From NCBI GenBank assembly GCA_051294905.1, contig CM119377.1, positions 13,454,001-13,518,000 on the forward strand: 64,000 nucleotides of DNA, in the 5' to 3' direction. This document shows positions 40,570 to 52,454 of the stretch, one piece after another. The position numbers and the translations under genes are program-made. Position 1 is the stretch's first letter, and the number at the start of each line of letters is the position of its first letter. The DNA comes from Botryllus schlosseri. Its lineage: Eukaryota. The notes below the pieces were generated by a model that saw only the letters and a list, made by a program, of their open reading frames with translations, did no database searches and was not told where the DNA came from.

Positions 40570-40890
40570 TCAAGATAGCGCAATGGTGAAGCGTCCGGCT
40601 TCTTGATCGGTGGGTCGTGGGTTCGATCCCCGGCCGGGTCAGACCAGAGACCTGATTAATAACACTGGTATCCACGACTTCCCTGCTTGACGCTCATGCA
40701 TTTCTGGGATAGCATGGAGAGGTGGTGCACGACTTAGAGAGCCCTACAGGGCTATATCCGCACCTTCCTTGTCCAGCAGCATATGCACATCATGCACTCA
40801 TGGTATGCATATGCACACATCGTGTGTATATATATCATGAGTCGGTGTATATGCCGCAAAAACATCAAGGACAAAAATAAACTACGTCCT
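40570..40890 (+). mobile_element. tRNA-derived SINE
   Basis: Pol III box A TAGCGCAATGG (40576-40586) and box B GGTTCGATCCC (40620-40630), then a body ggtatccacgacttccctgcttgacgctcatgca of a kind common in aquatic-animal SINEs, and an A-rich end near 40885. Not a functional tRNA cloverleaf. 3' boundary approximate. Confidence 0.85.
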
Positions 40891-43800
40891 TTCCGTCCTT
40901 TCCTTTTCCGTCCGTCACCAATATTAATACAAAACAAAACTAAAAATCAGTTAAAATATTTAAGTGGGTGTCTTTAATATTTTTACTTTTCTAGAGCTAC
41001 GATTTAAATTACATTATACGTATAATCGTATATGAATAGTGCTAGAAAGCTCCATGTACAAGACAACATAACCTCTAATCAAATACGTCTATTCGTAAAT
41101 GCCATTTTGACGGATCATATTTTAATCATGGATATTCGAGGTATACCAAAAGGAGGAGTGAGGAAATACAGTGCAAGCTTCTATATGCAATATCTTATTG
41201 TTATCAGACCGAACGGTAGTATGCTAGGTGTTAGATTGTTTGCTGTTGAAAACTCTGTGTGATTAAAGCGATCTCATTCATTTGACCAATGAATGCAAAT
41301 ACTAAATTTCATGAAACTAAGAGCATGTTCAAATTTGCGCGACTTCATTTGAAAGTGATCTGATTGCGTGCGCGCCCCGTGAATGAGGCGATCCATCAAC
41401 GGTGACTAGCAATTCGTTGATTGGACGGCCGGGATGAGGTGAAAAGTTGAACGTAAAAGACGCGAATATTTGCTTACTTCTAAAACGGGGAGTCGTACTT
41501 GAATCCATTCCGAATTACACGGAGCGCGAAGAAAAATATATTCCAGAAGCTATTCCATCAGGTCTAATCTCAATTTGCACAATCGCGAATCCAACAAAAA
41601 GACGCAAATAAGCTAATATTTATGTACCTGACTGGCTGAAGAATGCGAGCGTTGGGCGAGGCGACACCCGCCATTTCTCAATGGAAAATACTATTCATGA
41701 TTAATTGCCCGTAATCACCGGAATGCGGAGCAGATAACGCACATGAGGCGTGAGAGCTTACGATTTTGATTAATTTTAATCACTACAGAATCGCCGTGTA
41801 ATACTTCAGGCGTTCCGGCAACGGTGTTTGAACTTTGCTGACCTGACGACCCCGCTACCACGATGAGACAGGGGCAACCATAATCGGAAGACCAGCTAAT
41901 GTATTGAAGGATCCCTCCTTCTTTGTTTAAACTACCGTTATATTGAGACTAAACCTGAATGCTAGTTCATCAAGTTTAGCGTGATAGTCCCTATAGAAAT
42001 TATTAATGTATCAATTATACCGATAAATCTCACAATTTCTTTTGTAAGACAGTCGGAGACAGTGCATACGCCATGTCCAGTCACCGTGAGAACAAATAAA
42101 ACGAAATGACTATCCTGGAAAGAACAGTTGGAGTTACGAATGTTACGATGGTGCGTCAACACCATTATCATGAATTTGATCCCTGTGCATTTACGACAAT
42201 CTCCTGCTTTTTGCGATTTTTCATGTTTGAAGATCAGAATATACATCTGGATTCATCTCAGCTGTCGCGGTGGGATATACAGCTCCCTATCCCATTGGTA
42301 GGCATAGGTAGCTTCCGTAACTGTCGCTCGAAACCCGACGGAATGCGGCAAGCGAATCAAGAAGTCACGTGATATGCAACACACCGATCATCCCAGCAGT
42401 TTTCATTCTCAGACTGTCACATGACTGTACTGATAAAATTTAGTAACAGAAATAACAGCACTGCAGTTATTTTAAGCAGACGAATATTGATCTTGAACCC
42501 AGATAAATGACATTGTATTTTATAAAGAGTGCAAAAACAAATCGTCGAAACCTCAAGACGCAACTTTGTGTCAGGCGGAGAGATATGATGGTGCTATATC
42601 GCGGTCTGATTGCTCAGTCACATTATTTTCAAAATACAATATATGTTTACAAAGCCCCCTAAGTCTGAACAAATCAATGCATCTCAATTTTTCAGCGTTT
42701 TGCGCATCTAATTTTAGCGCAGAAAGCCATGTACCGCGGGTATTTTGAATAACTGATGAAATGAGATTGGCAGTGACTGCACCCGTAGTAATCTACAGCG
42801 CGGCGCGTTGATACGGGCATACCTGATGTGCAGAAGAGATATAACCGTTTGGGAGACCTTGCGGTTGCTATCAGCGAATTGTAAACATAACGATCGCAAA
42901 GGGGATATTTGACAGGGTTAATTGCAGTAGGGCTTTCCTTTATCAAATTTTCCGTTAATAAAACGTTAATGGGGAGACTCGAAGACGCCGACAGTCGTTG
43001 AACTAAGTAATAAAGACCATTCGATGATTCCTATCCGTGAGCTATAAGCCATAATCTAGCGTGTCAAGATGTCGCCTATTGTTGCCCGAAGTTCGATCGT
43101 TCTTCGTTGTCTTTGTGAAGGAGACCCACGCTAATACGACGATTATGATGAATTCGTCTATTAGTTAGCAAACTGGAAAACGCTGATCAGACGGGGTATT
43201 TGGTACGTTGTACGCTAATCTCCGTGTGATCATTATCTTAAATGAATGGCGTTTGTGATCAGATCTTGAACTGAGTATGTGTCTCGATAGTTTGTGGTAT
43301 TTGCAGTTCTATACATCGATACATATCCGATGAAATTATTGGCCGCTATTAATGGCTTTTCGTGCGGCTTGGCACTCGAATGAATATCAAACATCCAACA
43401 ACAGTGATTCTTAACGTAGGGTGCGAGATGTCCTTTTGGGAGGCGTTTTAGTGTCGAATGCTCCAGTGTAGCATGATGAAGTATCGTATGATAATGTTTG
43501 CTCATTTTCGTATTTCTTCCCAGAATTTTCTATATTCGATAGGAGTACATTTGCATATCTCCTCAACCGACGACGCATGCGTGCTACGTGTCGAAATGGA
43601 TAGCGAATCAGAATATTAAGGTGGAAAACCTGGAACGCTAGTCACATTCCCCGATTTCTGGAAAAAATAACGGCCCATTTAGGGAAGAATCTTTGGATTT
43701 GACGAAGAGAAACGCACCCTATCATATCGAAAATTTTGTTAGGAAATTAGGTGTACGCGTTGCCAATGTTGGAATCTAATAAAAAATGAGACGTTGCTTG

Positions 43801-44441
43801 GGATATTGCCATATGATTTCAGCTTGAAAGAAAGAACGACCGACTGCGTGGTGCTCTTTGTCCAGACGGAAGGATTCAGGTTAGAATCCTGAGGCAATAA
43901 TAGATATATCAGACATGGGGTGATTACTTCATGAATGTAATCGATTGCGATTACGATTACTTCCGAATGACGCGATTACGATTACGATTACAGCAAAATC
44001 AGGAAGTAGTCGATTACGATTACGATTACATTGGAAAAGTAATCACGATTACTCACGATTACATTTATTTTGCATTTTAGAAGTTATATTGGAAGACAAT
44101 ATATGGATTGCGCTGAAAAGGCCTAATGAGATAACAAACTTCCTTTAAAAAAAATGCGTCATTTGCTTGTTACGTCGTAATGTACCCATTGCCCATATTT
44201 ATAGAGGACGATTTATCGCACCCAACCAATTGCATTCTTGCCAGGTCCATGACTGCCGCACCACAAATTTCCTAATAGGGTGGGGAGCGAGCTCGGAGGG
44301 GACTCAAAGAGTATTTCGTAAACCAACATAAATTATAGAGTATTCTCGAAAGATTTAATTAATCTTAAATCCTCTCTAGATAAGCTTGATTTTGGAATGC
44401 ATACGTCTCCCCCTCAACAAAAAAGCATACATAATTTATAG

Positions 44442-44827
44442 TAGGCATGCATTTAAAACAAATGGTTGTTTAAAACACATTGTTTAAAACTTGTTTTAAA
44501 TAGTGTTTTAAAAAAAGGCTTAAAAAAACTAAATTGTGTTTTTTCCAAGTTGTAAAATTATGCCATAATTGTGTAAATGCTTTCCACAATTACCACCCGA
44601 TTTGGCCTACGAACATCGATATGAGATGGTTGGAACCCCTCAAAATATGTCGGTTCAACAGTTATAGTACAGATATTTCGTAAAAGGAGCTATAATTACC
44701 CTATATTTTCAATTGTCAATGTCAATCCACATGGGTGACATCAAGGCTTTAAAAAACATGTTTTAAACAAGGGCATGTTGTGAACATGCTCGCTTTGAAT
44801 TTATTTTCGTTTTAAATGCGACCCCTT
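44442..44827. mobile_element. hAT MITE (tagggttgcatttaaaac family) nested in 43910-48204
   Basis: Ends taggcatgcatttaaaacaaa / ttttaaatgcgacccctt; perfect TSD atttatag; colinear with 49036-49438 and 54079-54385. Confidence 0.88.
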
Positions 44828-45789
44828 ATTTATAGCAACAGGCATTTAGGTTCAGTCAATACCTAGCCACGACACACCAAAAGACAAATGCAATTTCGAT
44901 CAACACGCGACTTCACGAATTGTGCTACTAAAGAAAGACCTTGGCCGAAACTTAGGGTACGTGTGTCCATTGTCAATAGCCGCGCTGGGTGGGCGGCGTG
45001 ACTAATAGTCCAGTCCTTCCAATCCGAGCCCACAATGCAAATGCCACCCGCGGGCACCCACAGAGCAATAAAGACATGACAATTTGTGTGTGCGTCTCAC
45101 GAAAGTTTTTCTTTTAGTCTGCTACGTTAGGGATACAACAATATATTTTGATTATATAACATGCCGGAAATCACAAATTAACAACATACACTAAACTAAT
45201 TATAACAAGATAACAGACGTTATAATTATGAATTACGTGCCCCCAGCTCTACAGGTAAATCTGACCATCGAGGGCAGAGAGGGAGAGAAAGAGGAATAAA
45301 AATTAATAATAATGTAATGCGATTACCAATGTTATTGAGGAAATTCAGTCTTCAAGTTGAAATTATCACCCTGTGGGGGCCAAAGACTAACGTTTGGACT
45401 GGGGGACGAATAGCTGTTTTGGTCCTGATTCTAGCTACAGCCCACGCTAACATGATATATAAGCCCATGGCTATGGCGGCAGGTCCCAATGTTGAGAAAA
45501 GAATTATGAAATAATGCGCATGTTTCAAGTAGAGTCATATGAGAATAAGATGAAGAGAACATAAAATTCTGACTTCAACTTAATACAGATAATGGACTGC
45601 AAGCTGCCGCTACGAGAAACGGCAAAAACGGCTCGGTTGTGATATATATCAGCAACTGTTGATTTTTATTGCTTCGTTGTGGAAACCGTCATGTTATATT
45701 TGACGAGTACAAAATTTCAAATCTCTGTCCGGTGTACGTACGTACTACATAGGCCTACTGCTCGCCGAGCAGCAACGGTCAAACTGCGT

Positions 45790-45960
45790 TTGCATAACCA
45801 AACATCAATACACAAGTTTCTTGGTAGAGTGGTGATTAATTATCCTGCTCCGGGGTACTGGCGTGTGGAACGGGTTGATAACCTCATATACAGCACGGCG
45901 GGTGTTCTTACAATCACACGAATGTACGTGACGTACATCGAATATCTATTTACTGTGGAT
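45790..45960 (+). pseudogene. Degenerate hAT transposase C-terminal dimerisation-domain remnant of the 43910-48204 element
   Basis: Part of ORF 45679..46008 reads INYPAPGYWRVERVDNLIYSTAGVLTITRM..IEYLF, matching the hAT motif IPA.S..VERVFS.AG...R...IE.L.F with an apparent insertion. Confidence 0.55.
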
Positions 45961-46369
45961 TCTTCTTACGCAATGACTAGCAAAGCTAATAGGCTACTTC
46001 TGACGTAATAATGAACAATGACATTAAAAAATGAGACGTTTGTGTTATCATGAACCTGGTAGGCATATAATCAGGGTTGCCATCGACATGGACCCAAAAA
46101 TAAGGACAGTCGAAAAATTATAGATTAGCATGAAAAAAAACGTTTTTTGAACATACTTTGTATTTATACGAGCCGTGGCATATCACATTCCATAATTTTC
46201 GCCAGAAACAATCTGCTCCAGCAACTCCTTGTTATTAGAAAGTGGTTCATGGATCTCACGAGAGCTCATATCTAGGTTCACCTTTACTCAGGGCCGAAAA
46301 AGCACTTCGTCAGCCCCCCTAAAAAAACGTTGGTCTTGACCCCCCACCCCCATAGGGTGATAAACCAAA

Positions 46370-46900
46370 CTTCTCCACCTCGTTGTGATTAGAGACGTCA
46401 ACCAAGATGGAAAAGGGCGTAGGCCTACACCATGTTCAGACAAAATCATTTTTGAGCGTATGGAGCAAGAACTCGCGTAACAATGCTTGTAGTCTTGGTC
46501 CTGGCCGAATAAAATTTATTTGCGATGTTGGAATCGGGGAATATTGTTTCGAACAATTGCGATGTGCAATCGTTGGTGAGGAATGATTGCTGGAGTTTGA
46601 CAGTATGGAATGCCCAGGTACCCCCTGCAGCAGCTGCCTTGTCGTCTGTGGTCGTTGGTGCTGATCGACTAATGGAAAAATTATTCATTGACTGGCTCAA
46701 ATTAATCATTATAACACACTTCTTGTGTTTTTGGGTATCAATGTGAGTTAAAATAGCGGTCTTTCCTACGGCCTCAAGGTCGATGTCACAATTGCAGATA
46801 TTGCTATGTGCGAAACACTCGCCCTTCAAACTTCGTTAGATATCTTTGAATTCTCTTTGATAATCGTCACGAAAAGCGTTTTACGCCTGCTCTTTTTTAC
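46370..46900 (-). pseudogene. hAT transposase N-terminal pseudogene fragment (BED-like finger to first catalytic Asp)
   Basis: ORF 46446..46829 gives AHSNICNCDIDL..VGKTAILTHIDTQKHKK and AAGGTWAFHTVK..SF..NDCTSQLF..IFPDS.IA.KF.SARTKT..IV..VLAPY, typical of hAT transposases; after frameshifts, SILVDVSNH (Asp at 46397-46399) matches the D-A-S-N-H first catalytic motif. Confidence 0.85.
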
Positions 46901-47177
46901 TAATCAGATTTAGCCTTATTAGTAGCTAAAACTATGTGCGCAAGTGCAAAATTTATCAATGAATAATAGCTTTACTACTTTTAAACCAATGTGTCGACTA
47001 CACTGCGCCTTTATTCACTACGCAAGAAATGCTGCCTTCCCCAGAGCTTGAGCTTATTCTGCTGTAGACCAAACAGCAGGAACCTGGTACTGCTATTTAC
47101 TGCTAAAATGACGTCCGCCGTAGTAACTTGGTACAGACGAAACCACTCATGGCCCGAGCTATCTCACCACTTAGAAG

Positions 47178-47691
47178 TAGGGCTGGGCAAAATCGAGTAC
47201 CTGAGTGATTCGATTCTGAATCACATAATATGCTTCGAGTCGAGTCGAGTATTCGAGTATCACTCATTATGACGTCACTGCAAAATGTACTATATGTCAA
47301 ATTTCCAATACGTACCTTTTATGCCACCACAATATATAATGCCTGTTATCCATCACAATAAAGATACTCTGGTATTTTTTGTCCGTACTGATTTCATTGC
47401 ACTTCTTGACAATGTTGTGGGATGATCATGACTTCGGAAATGTGTTATTTCCAGTAAAGTTGGTAGCTTTGTACTTTGCCCCGTATGCCGCGACATGGCC
47501 AATAAAGGATTCAAGGCATCCTCAGTGGAAAATAGTATCAAAACAATAATCCTCGTTAGTAAATCAACTATCAGTTTCGAGGAGCGTATAATTTCAGTAC
47601 TCGAAAAAATCGTATTTTACTACTCGACTCGAATCATTAAAATCAATACTCGATTCAGATTCGAGTACTCGAATCATTGTGCCCAGCCCTA
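47178..47691. mobile_element. hAT MITE (tcgagt-repeat) nested in 46072-47972 (third nesting level)
   Basis: TIR tagggctgggca / tgcccagcccta; left flank cttagaag, right flank cttagg followed by cttagaag. Confidence 0.85.
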
Positions 47692-49035
47692 CTTAGGCTT
47701 AGAAGTCTAATCTTATGGTGTGTACCTCACGAGAGTTCCTTTCCTTTATGATGTCATGAAATCTCGACACAAAAGCATAATTTATGAATATTATGCAACA
47801 CAAATACCAGAGCAAAACGGTCGAAGTTCTGTAGTGGTTGAAAATAAGACAAAATAAGGACACAAGTCGAAAATAAGGACATTTCTTAGAAATAAGGACA
47901 GTTGAGTTTTCTAAGACATGGACCTTCAAAATAAGGACAAATCTTAGAAATAAGGGCGGTATGGCAACCCTGCCTATAATACATCTTCCTTGTTCAAGAA
48001 TGTTCAGTTTATGTCATAGTCCTTGTACAAATAAAAAGTAATCGTTCTTTCACAAAGAAATCGATTAAATATGGGAAGTAGTCGATTACGATTACGATTA
48101 CTTCGGAATTTTTTCGAATGTAATCGATTGCGATTACGATTACTTGAAAATGCTGTAATCGTCGTAATCGATTACGATTACAAATCGCGATTACCCCATG
48201 TCTGAGATATATTCGAGTTTCTGTTAGAGATTTTCCCTGCATTCCGTCTATGTTATATATGAGATAAGTTTCAGAATTGGCCGAACGAGCTCGAGTTATG
48301 CATCGCATATAGAGGCGGAGAGCTTAACAATATGAAATCGTTGCTGCTCCGTGCTGAATAAATTATCACCTATGAAGGCCTTTGAAAAATTTAGGAAATT
48401 AAATTGCTAGCATTTCGCCTATACCTATATGCTCACATTCATTATCATTGTGGCTATGGCTTCGTAATGACAAAAGACGGTGTTCAAGCGGACGCATCGC
48501 GATTGACGCTGAATTATTAATATCGCATCAATTAGAATGTGCAAACAGTGCACAAAGAATGTGAAAAGGCAATGCAACGGATGCAAACTGGCTTTGCGAC
48601 ACGACTACAATAGGGAATTCCCCGATATGTTGGGCCCTCGATCGTGGCAGGTGCATGCTGAAGCTGATGCACACTGGCCCACATAGTCGTAGCGTATGTA
48701 TATTTTGCCCTGTCAACCATCTCGTAGCGCTATAAGTTTTTGTTAATTATCATTAAAGACACATCAACTCAGTTCCTACATGCATACCGATCGTTTTTGA
48801 CCAGTGCGCAGGGTCAGTTTAATAAAGAACCAAAATGCACCTCTCAAACTTAAAACTCAGTTTACTACTATAAGTCAAGACACAGATACACAATGCTGTA
48901 CCGAAGAGACAGCGCGATACAATGAATATACATGAGAAGGTGTCGAATATGCGGAACAACTTGACAAAATCTCAATCCCATTGTACCCAAAACCTATCTT
49001 GGCCCACCGGTGCTTTCATAATGGCTGGCATATCC

Positions 49036-49438
49036 TAGGGTTGCATTTAAAACAAACGGTGTTTTAAAGCACTTTGTTTAAAACATTTTTTTCAAGTTGT
49101 AAAATTATGCCATAATTGTGTTAATACTTTCCAAAAAAACATGTTTTATGAGCCTATGGACAATTACCACCAGATTTAGCCGACGTATATTAAAATGGGA
49201 TGGTTGGAACTTGGAACCCTCAGAATAGTCGGCTCAACAGTTATAGTACAGATATTTCGTCAAATGAGCTATATTTACCCTATATTTTCAATTGTCAATG
49301 ATAATCCATTATGGCGTCACAATTGAATATTCGTGACGTCATGGCTTGAAAAATCAACAATAAAAAACATGTTTTGAATTAGGGCCTCGTTTCAAACATG
49401 TTTGTTTTTAATTGATTTTTGTTTTAAATGTAACCCTA
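49036..49438. mobile_element. hAT MITE, second copy of the 44442 family
   Basis: TIR tagggttgcatttaaaacaaa / tttgttttaaatgtaacccta; internal colinearity with 44442-44827; no TSD retained; its right end is the target site of 49443-50795. Confidence 0.85.
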
Positions 49439-49442
49439 TCAG

Positions 49443-50795
49443 CAGGCCGTGTTATTTTTGGCATATGCCAAAACTGCCAAAAATAACTTATTTTTGGCAT
49501 TTTTCGATTTTTATTTTTGGCAGTTTTGGCATCGTCCTCTAAATAGATAGTTTCAGCCTCGAATTAGTCACAAAAACGCTTTATTTGGGCTAGTTTGTCA
49601 AAAGACACCACGAAATGTGCAGCATCCACGTATAATCAGTGCTAACAAACAGAGAAGAAAAAACCTAACGATTTCATTGGTTAATTATATCAAACGATAC
49701 TACAAAATGTTCAGTATCCATCGGAATCGGTGCCAATAAGCAAAAAAAAAAAGAAAAGCCCAACAAACACGCTCAACAGCTGATTGTCACAGTTGTTGAA
49801 TAGACTTAAGTCGTTTGCACTGTAGCAGTGCTTCCAAACTCAGGTCAGCTAAGTTTCTCCTAAATTCATTTCTTGCCCAGCGAATCTGGGAAATATCGGC
49901 TTCAACAGTAGCCGCTGAGGGAAAGAATGTTGCCAGTCATCCACAAAAGGTTTTCAGAGCTTCAAAATCTTTGGAGGGCCGAACCGGCTTCCATGCATCA
50001 TGAAAAGAGATCACTTCGCCAGTGCCATCGACCTCATCGCAGAAATAATTTTCTTCCTGATTCTTTTCCAGGAGTTTCCTGTGTTGTCTCTCAACACATT
50101 CTATGTAGTAGCCCGACTATCATTTCTCCTTTAGTCTACCGATATTTTTTCGGAGGACATTTTTTCACTTCAGGTGGCTTTAATATTACCAACTCGCATG
50201 GAAGAGTCCTGGGAAGGTTAGCTTGTTTAAGAACATTGACGCAACAAGACTGTCTGGCAAAACGAGACTATGCAGCTCAGAAATAGCCAGACAGTTTGTT
50301 GCGTCACAATGTTCAACTCGGTCACAATGCAAAAATCGTGGTTGATTTCGGGAGTTCCAGTTCCATGAGCAGAATATAATTTATATTTTAATAATCAGTA
50401 CTGCGGCCGCTTTTCATTGATACCCGTTTTATCAGATTTAGCGCTCGACAAGCCGGTCAAAAATGGTCGTAAAATTGCCTTTGGACAAATGGAAAGTATG
50501 ACGTAAACCAAATGCAGTCAGCCGTTCAATCTCGCTGTGCCCACACCATTTAGGACACCATGATTTCACCCCTAATGGGTGGGCTGGACCCAGATTAAGA
50601 AACCTGCCTTTCACAAACGCTCTTCTCGCTTGTAACGCGGTCCTGTTAACACAACACCATGAACGAAATACACTATTTGGCAGGCCTTGTTATTTTTGGC
50701 ATATGTCAAAAATTGCTTATTTTTGACACTTTCAAATTTTTATTTTTGGCAGTTTTGGCATCTGGCTCCTGAAATGCCAAAAATAACACGGCCTG
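49443..50795 (-). mobile_element. Composite hAT-like element with transposase remnant and internal duplicate left end
   Basis: TIR caggccgtgttatttttggca / tgccaaaaataacacggcctg; perfect TSD cctatcag (49435-49442, 50796-50803); second left end at 50681. Confidence 0.92.
49787..50225 (-). pseudogene. C-terminal remnant of a divergent hAT-like transposase (one in-frame stop, at least one frameshift)
   Basis: Hand translation: LPRTLPCELVILKP / IECVERQHRKLLEK...ISFHDAWKPV..DFEALKTFCG*LATFFPSAATVEADISQIRWARNEFRRNLADLSLEALLQCKRL; TGA at 49937-49939 sits where Gly (GGA) is expected. Missed by the ORF track. Confidence 0.8.
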
Positions 50796-50980
50796 CCTAT
50801 CAGTGATATGGGTAGGTTCGTGTTCATTCTCTCTTATTCGTCTTGTTATGTGGACAAAATCAGTATCACAGCTTCTCTTTCTTAATTACTTATTGTTCCG
50901 AGCATACAACTTCCTGTTGTAAATTTCGTGATCGTGAACTATCATACCGCCATATAACTTGAATTCCAAACAGCCTAATC

Positions 50981-51298
50981 CAGTGGTTCTCAACCTGGGG
51001 GGCGCGCCCCCTTGGGAGGCGTGAAAGCATCTGAAGAGGGCGCGAAGGAGCGGTCAACTGAAAAATAATTTCTCGCTCTGCGCGATCTACCTCCAATTCA
51101 CGCGTGTTTCTCTATATATAGACCGAATTTAATATTTTTTAATTCTCTCATCAACAGTCATAACCTTCCATGCCATCAAACAATCTGTTGGGGTTGCTAG
51201 CATCCCGGTTGGGTTTTGTGGTATGACGATAAGGGGGGGGGCACGAAATTTGCCACTATCATAAAGGGGGTGTGTCTAAAAAGGGTTGAGAACCACTG
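50981..51298 (+). mobile_element. Charlie/Buster-like MITE, same family as 27420-27739
   Basis: TIR cagtggttctcaacc / ggttgagaaccactg; TSD gcctaatc vs gtctaatc. Confidence 0.92.
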
Positions 51299-52454
51299 GT
51301 CTAATCAAAGGTAAATTCCGCATCTAATATACGAAAGTGGAAGTCAAACGATTAGAACAGAATGGGGCCGTCTCAGCTAGAGTAAGTCCTTCGCTGCTTT
51401 CCACGACTGAGCCTACAACTCACGACAGAGTTCAAAATTGTAAATTTGATCGGCGAGTTGTGCAACTACGGCGCTGTGTCGCGCGTCTCGCGGTCTGGCG
51501 AGTCAGTGAACGCCGTTTTGTCTCAGACAGACGCGATTCTCTCGCTTTGTCGTGTCGCGAAATCCGGTAAGCATCGGGCATTTGCGGTCTGCGCATGAAG
51601 CACTTCGCTTTCGGACGGCCAACCGCATTTAATTCAACTGCTGCCACATGTTCCACCGCTATGATAGTTCATGTCGGATTGTGTCAGTGCAACAAACTGG
51701 AAGTGATGCCTAATCGTTCTGGTGATTTACTTTGTGGCAGCGAATAAAATCCAGTTAGTGATCCGGTCACAATTCGCTTAGACGAGGCCTTTCTTCCACA
51801 TTTACATTATTTCGTGTTCACTGCAGCCCAACACGAACATTGTCAAATTCAGCACACTTCATAACTGTTACTTCGGTCATACCTCTATAACTCCGTATAC
51901 TTTAATAAGCCAGTGTTTCTTGACCTTTCCTCTTTGGCGCCCCTTCTCCAAATAACAGTACCTTACTTCAACCCCCTCACACGAACACACAATCACACAT
52001 ACAGCTAAATTTAGATGAAGACTGCAAGCAAATATGATCCTCCTTGATGAGACAGGTGGCGATGCTTGCTGTCGTCCAGATCCTTTATTTGGGGCTCACT
52101 TCCAGAGAACTTACTCTATTTTCCAGAGTTCATTGACATCTTGACATAAACACCTGCAAAGGATGCAACCTCGCAAAAAGTGGGATCCAAACAATCTGGC
52201 CTGAGATACGAAGGCTTAAAGTGATGATGCGAAAATCAAGTCACGTGGAGCTTCGAATAAACGTAAAAAAGCTTATCTAGTTTCAACTAATCACGGCTGA
52301 CTATGTCCAGTTAGCATCAAAATGCTCCAACAGACCTAAGGAAGTTCGGCCAGTTGTCCTTGGAAAGTAAGCGCACCAATTTTCCTCTCCCATACATATA
52401 AATTTGAAGCTGGACGATGCAAAAGCACGACCGAAAAATTCTGATTAATGGTAG

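Larger units (their letters stand above)
46072..47972 (-). mobile_element. hAT deletion derivative (cagggttgccat TIR) with N-terminal transposase remnant
   Basis: TIR cagggttgccat / atggcaaccctg; TSD catataat vs cctataat; aaataaggaca subterminal repeats at 47850-47955. Confidence 0.9.
43910..48204. mobile_element. 4.3-kb hAT element (gattac-repeat subtermini) containing three nested insertions
   Basis: TIR cagacatgggg / ccccatgtctg; perfect TSD agatatat (43902-43909, 48205-48212); (gattac)n arrays at 43920-44070 and 48030-48195. Confidence 0.92.

Noticed and set aside
40570-40645. tRNA gene
   Set aside because: Has A and B boxes but no proper acceptor stem, and continues into a SINE body; called a SINE.
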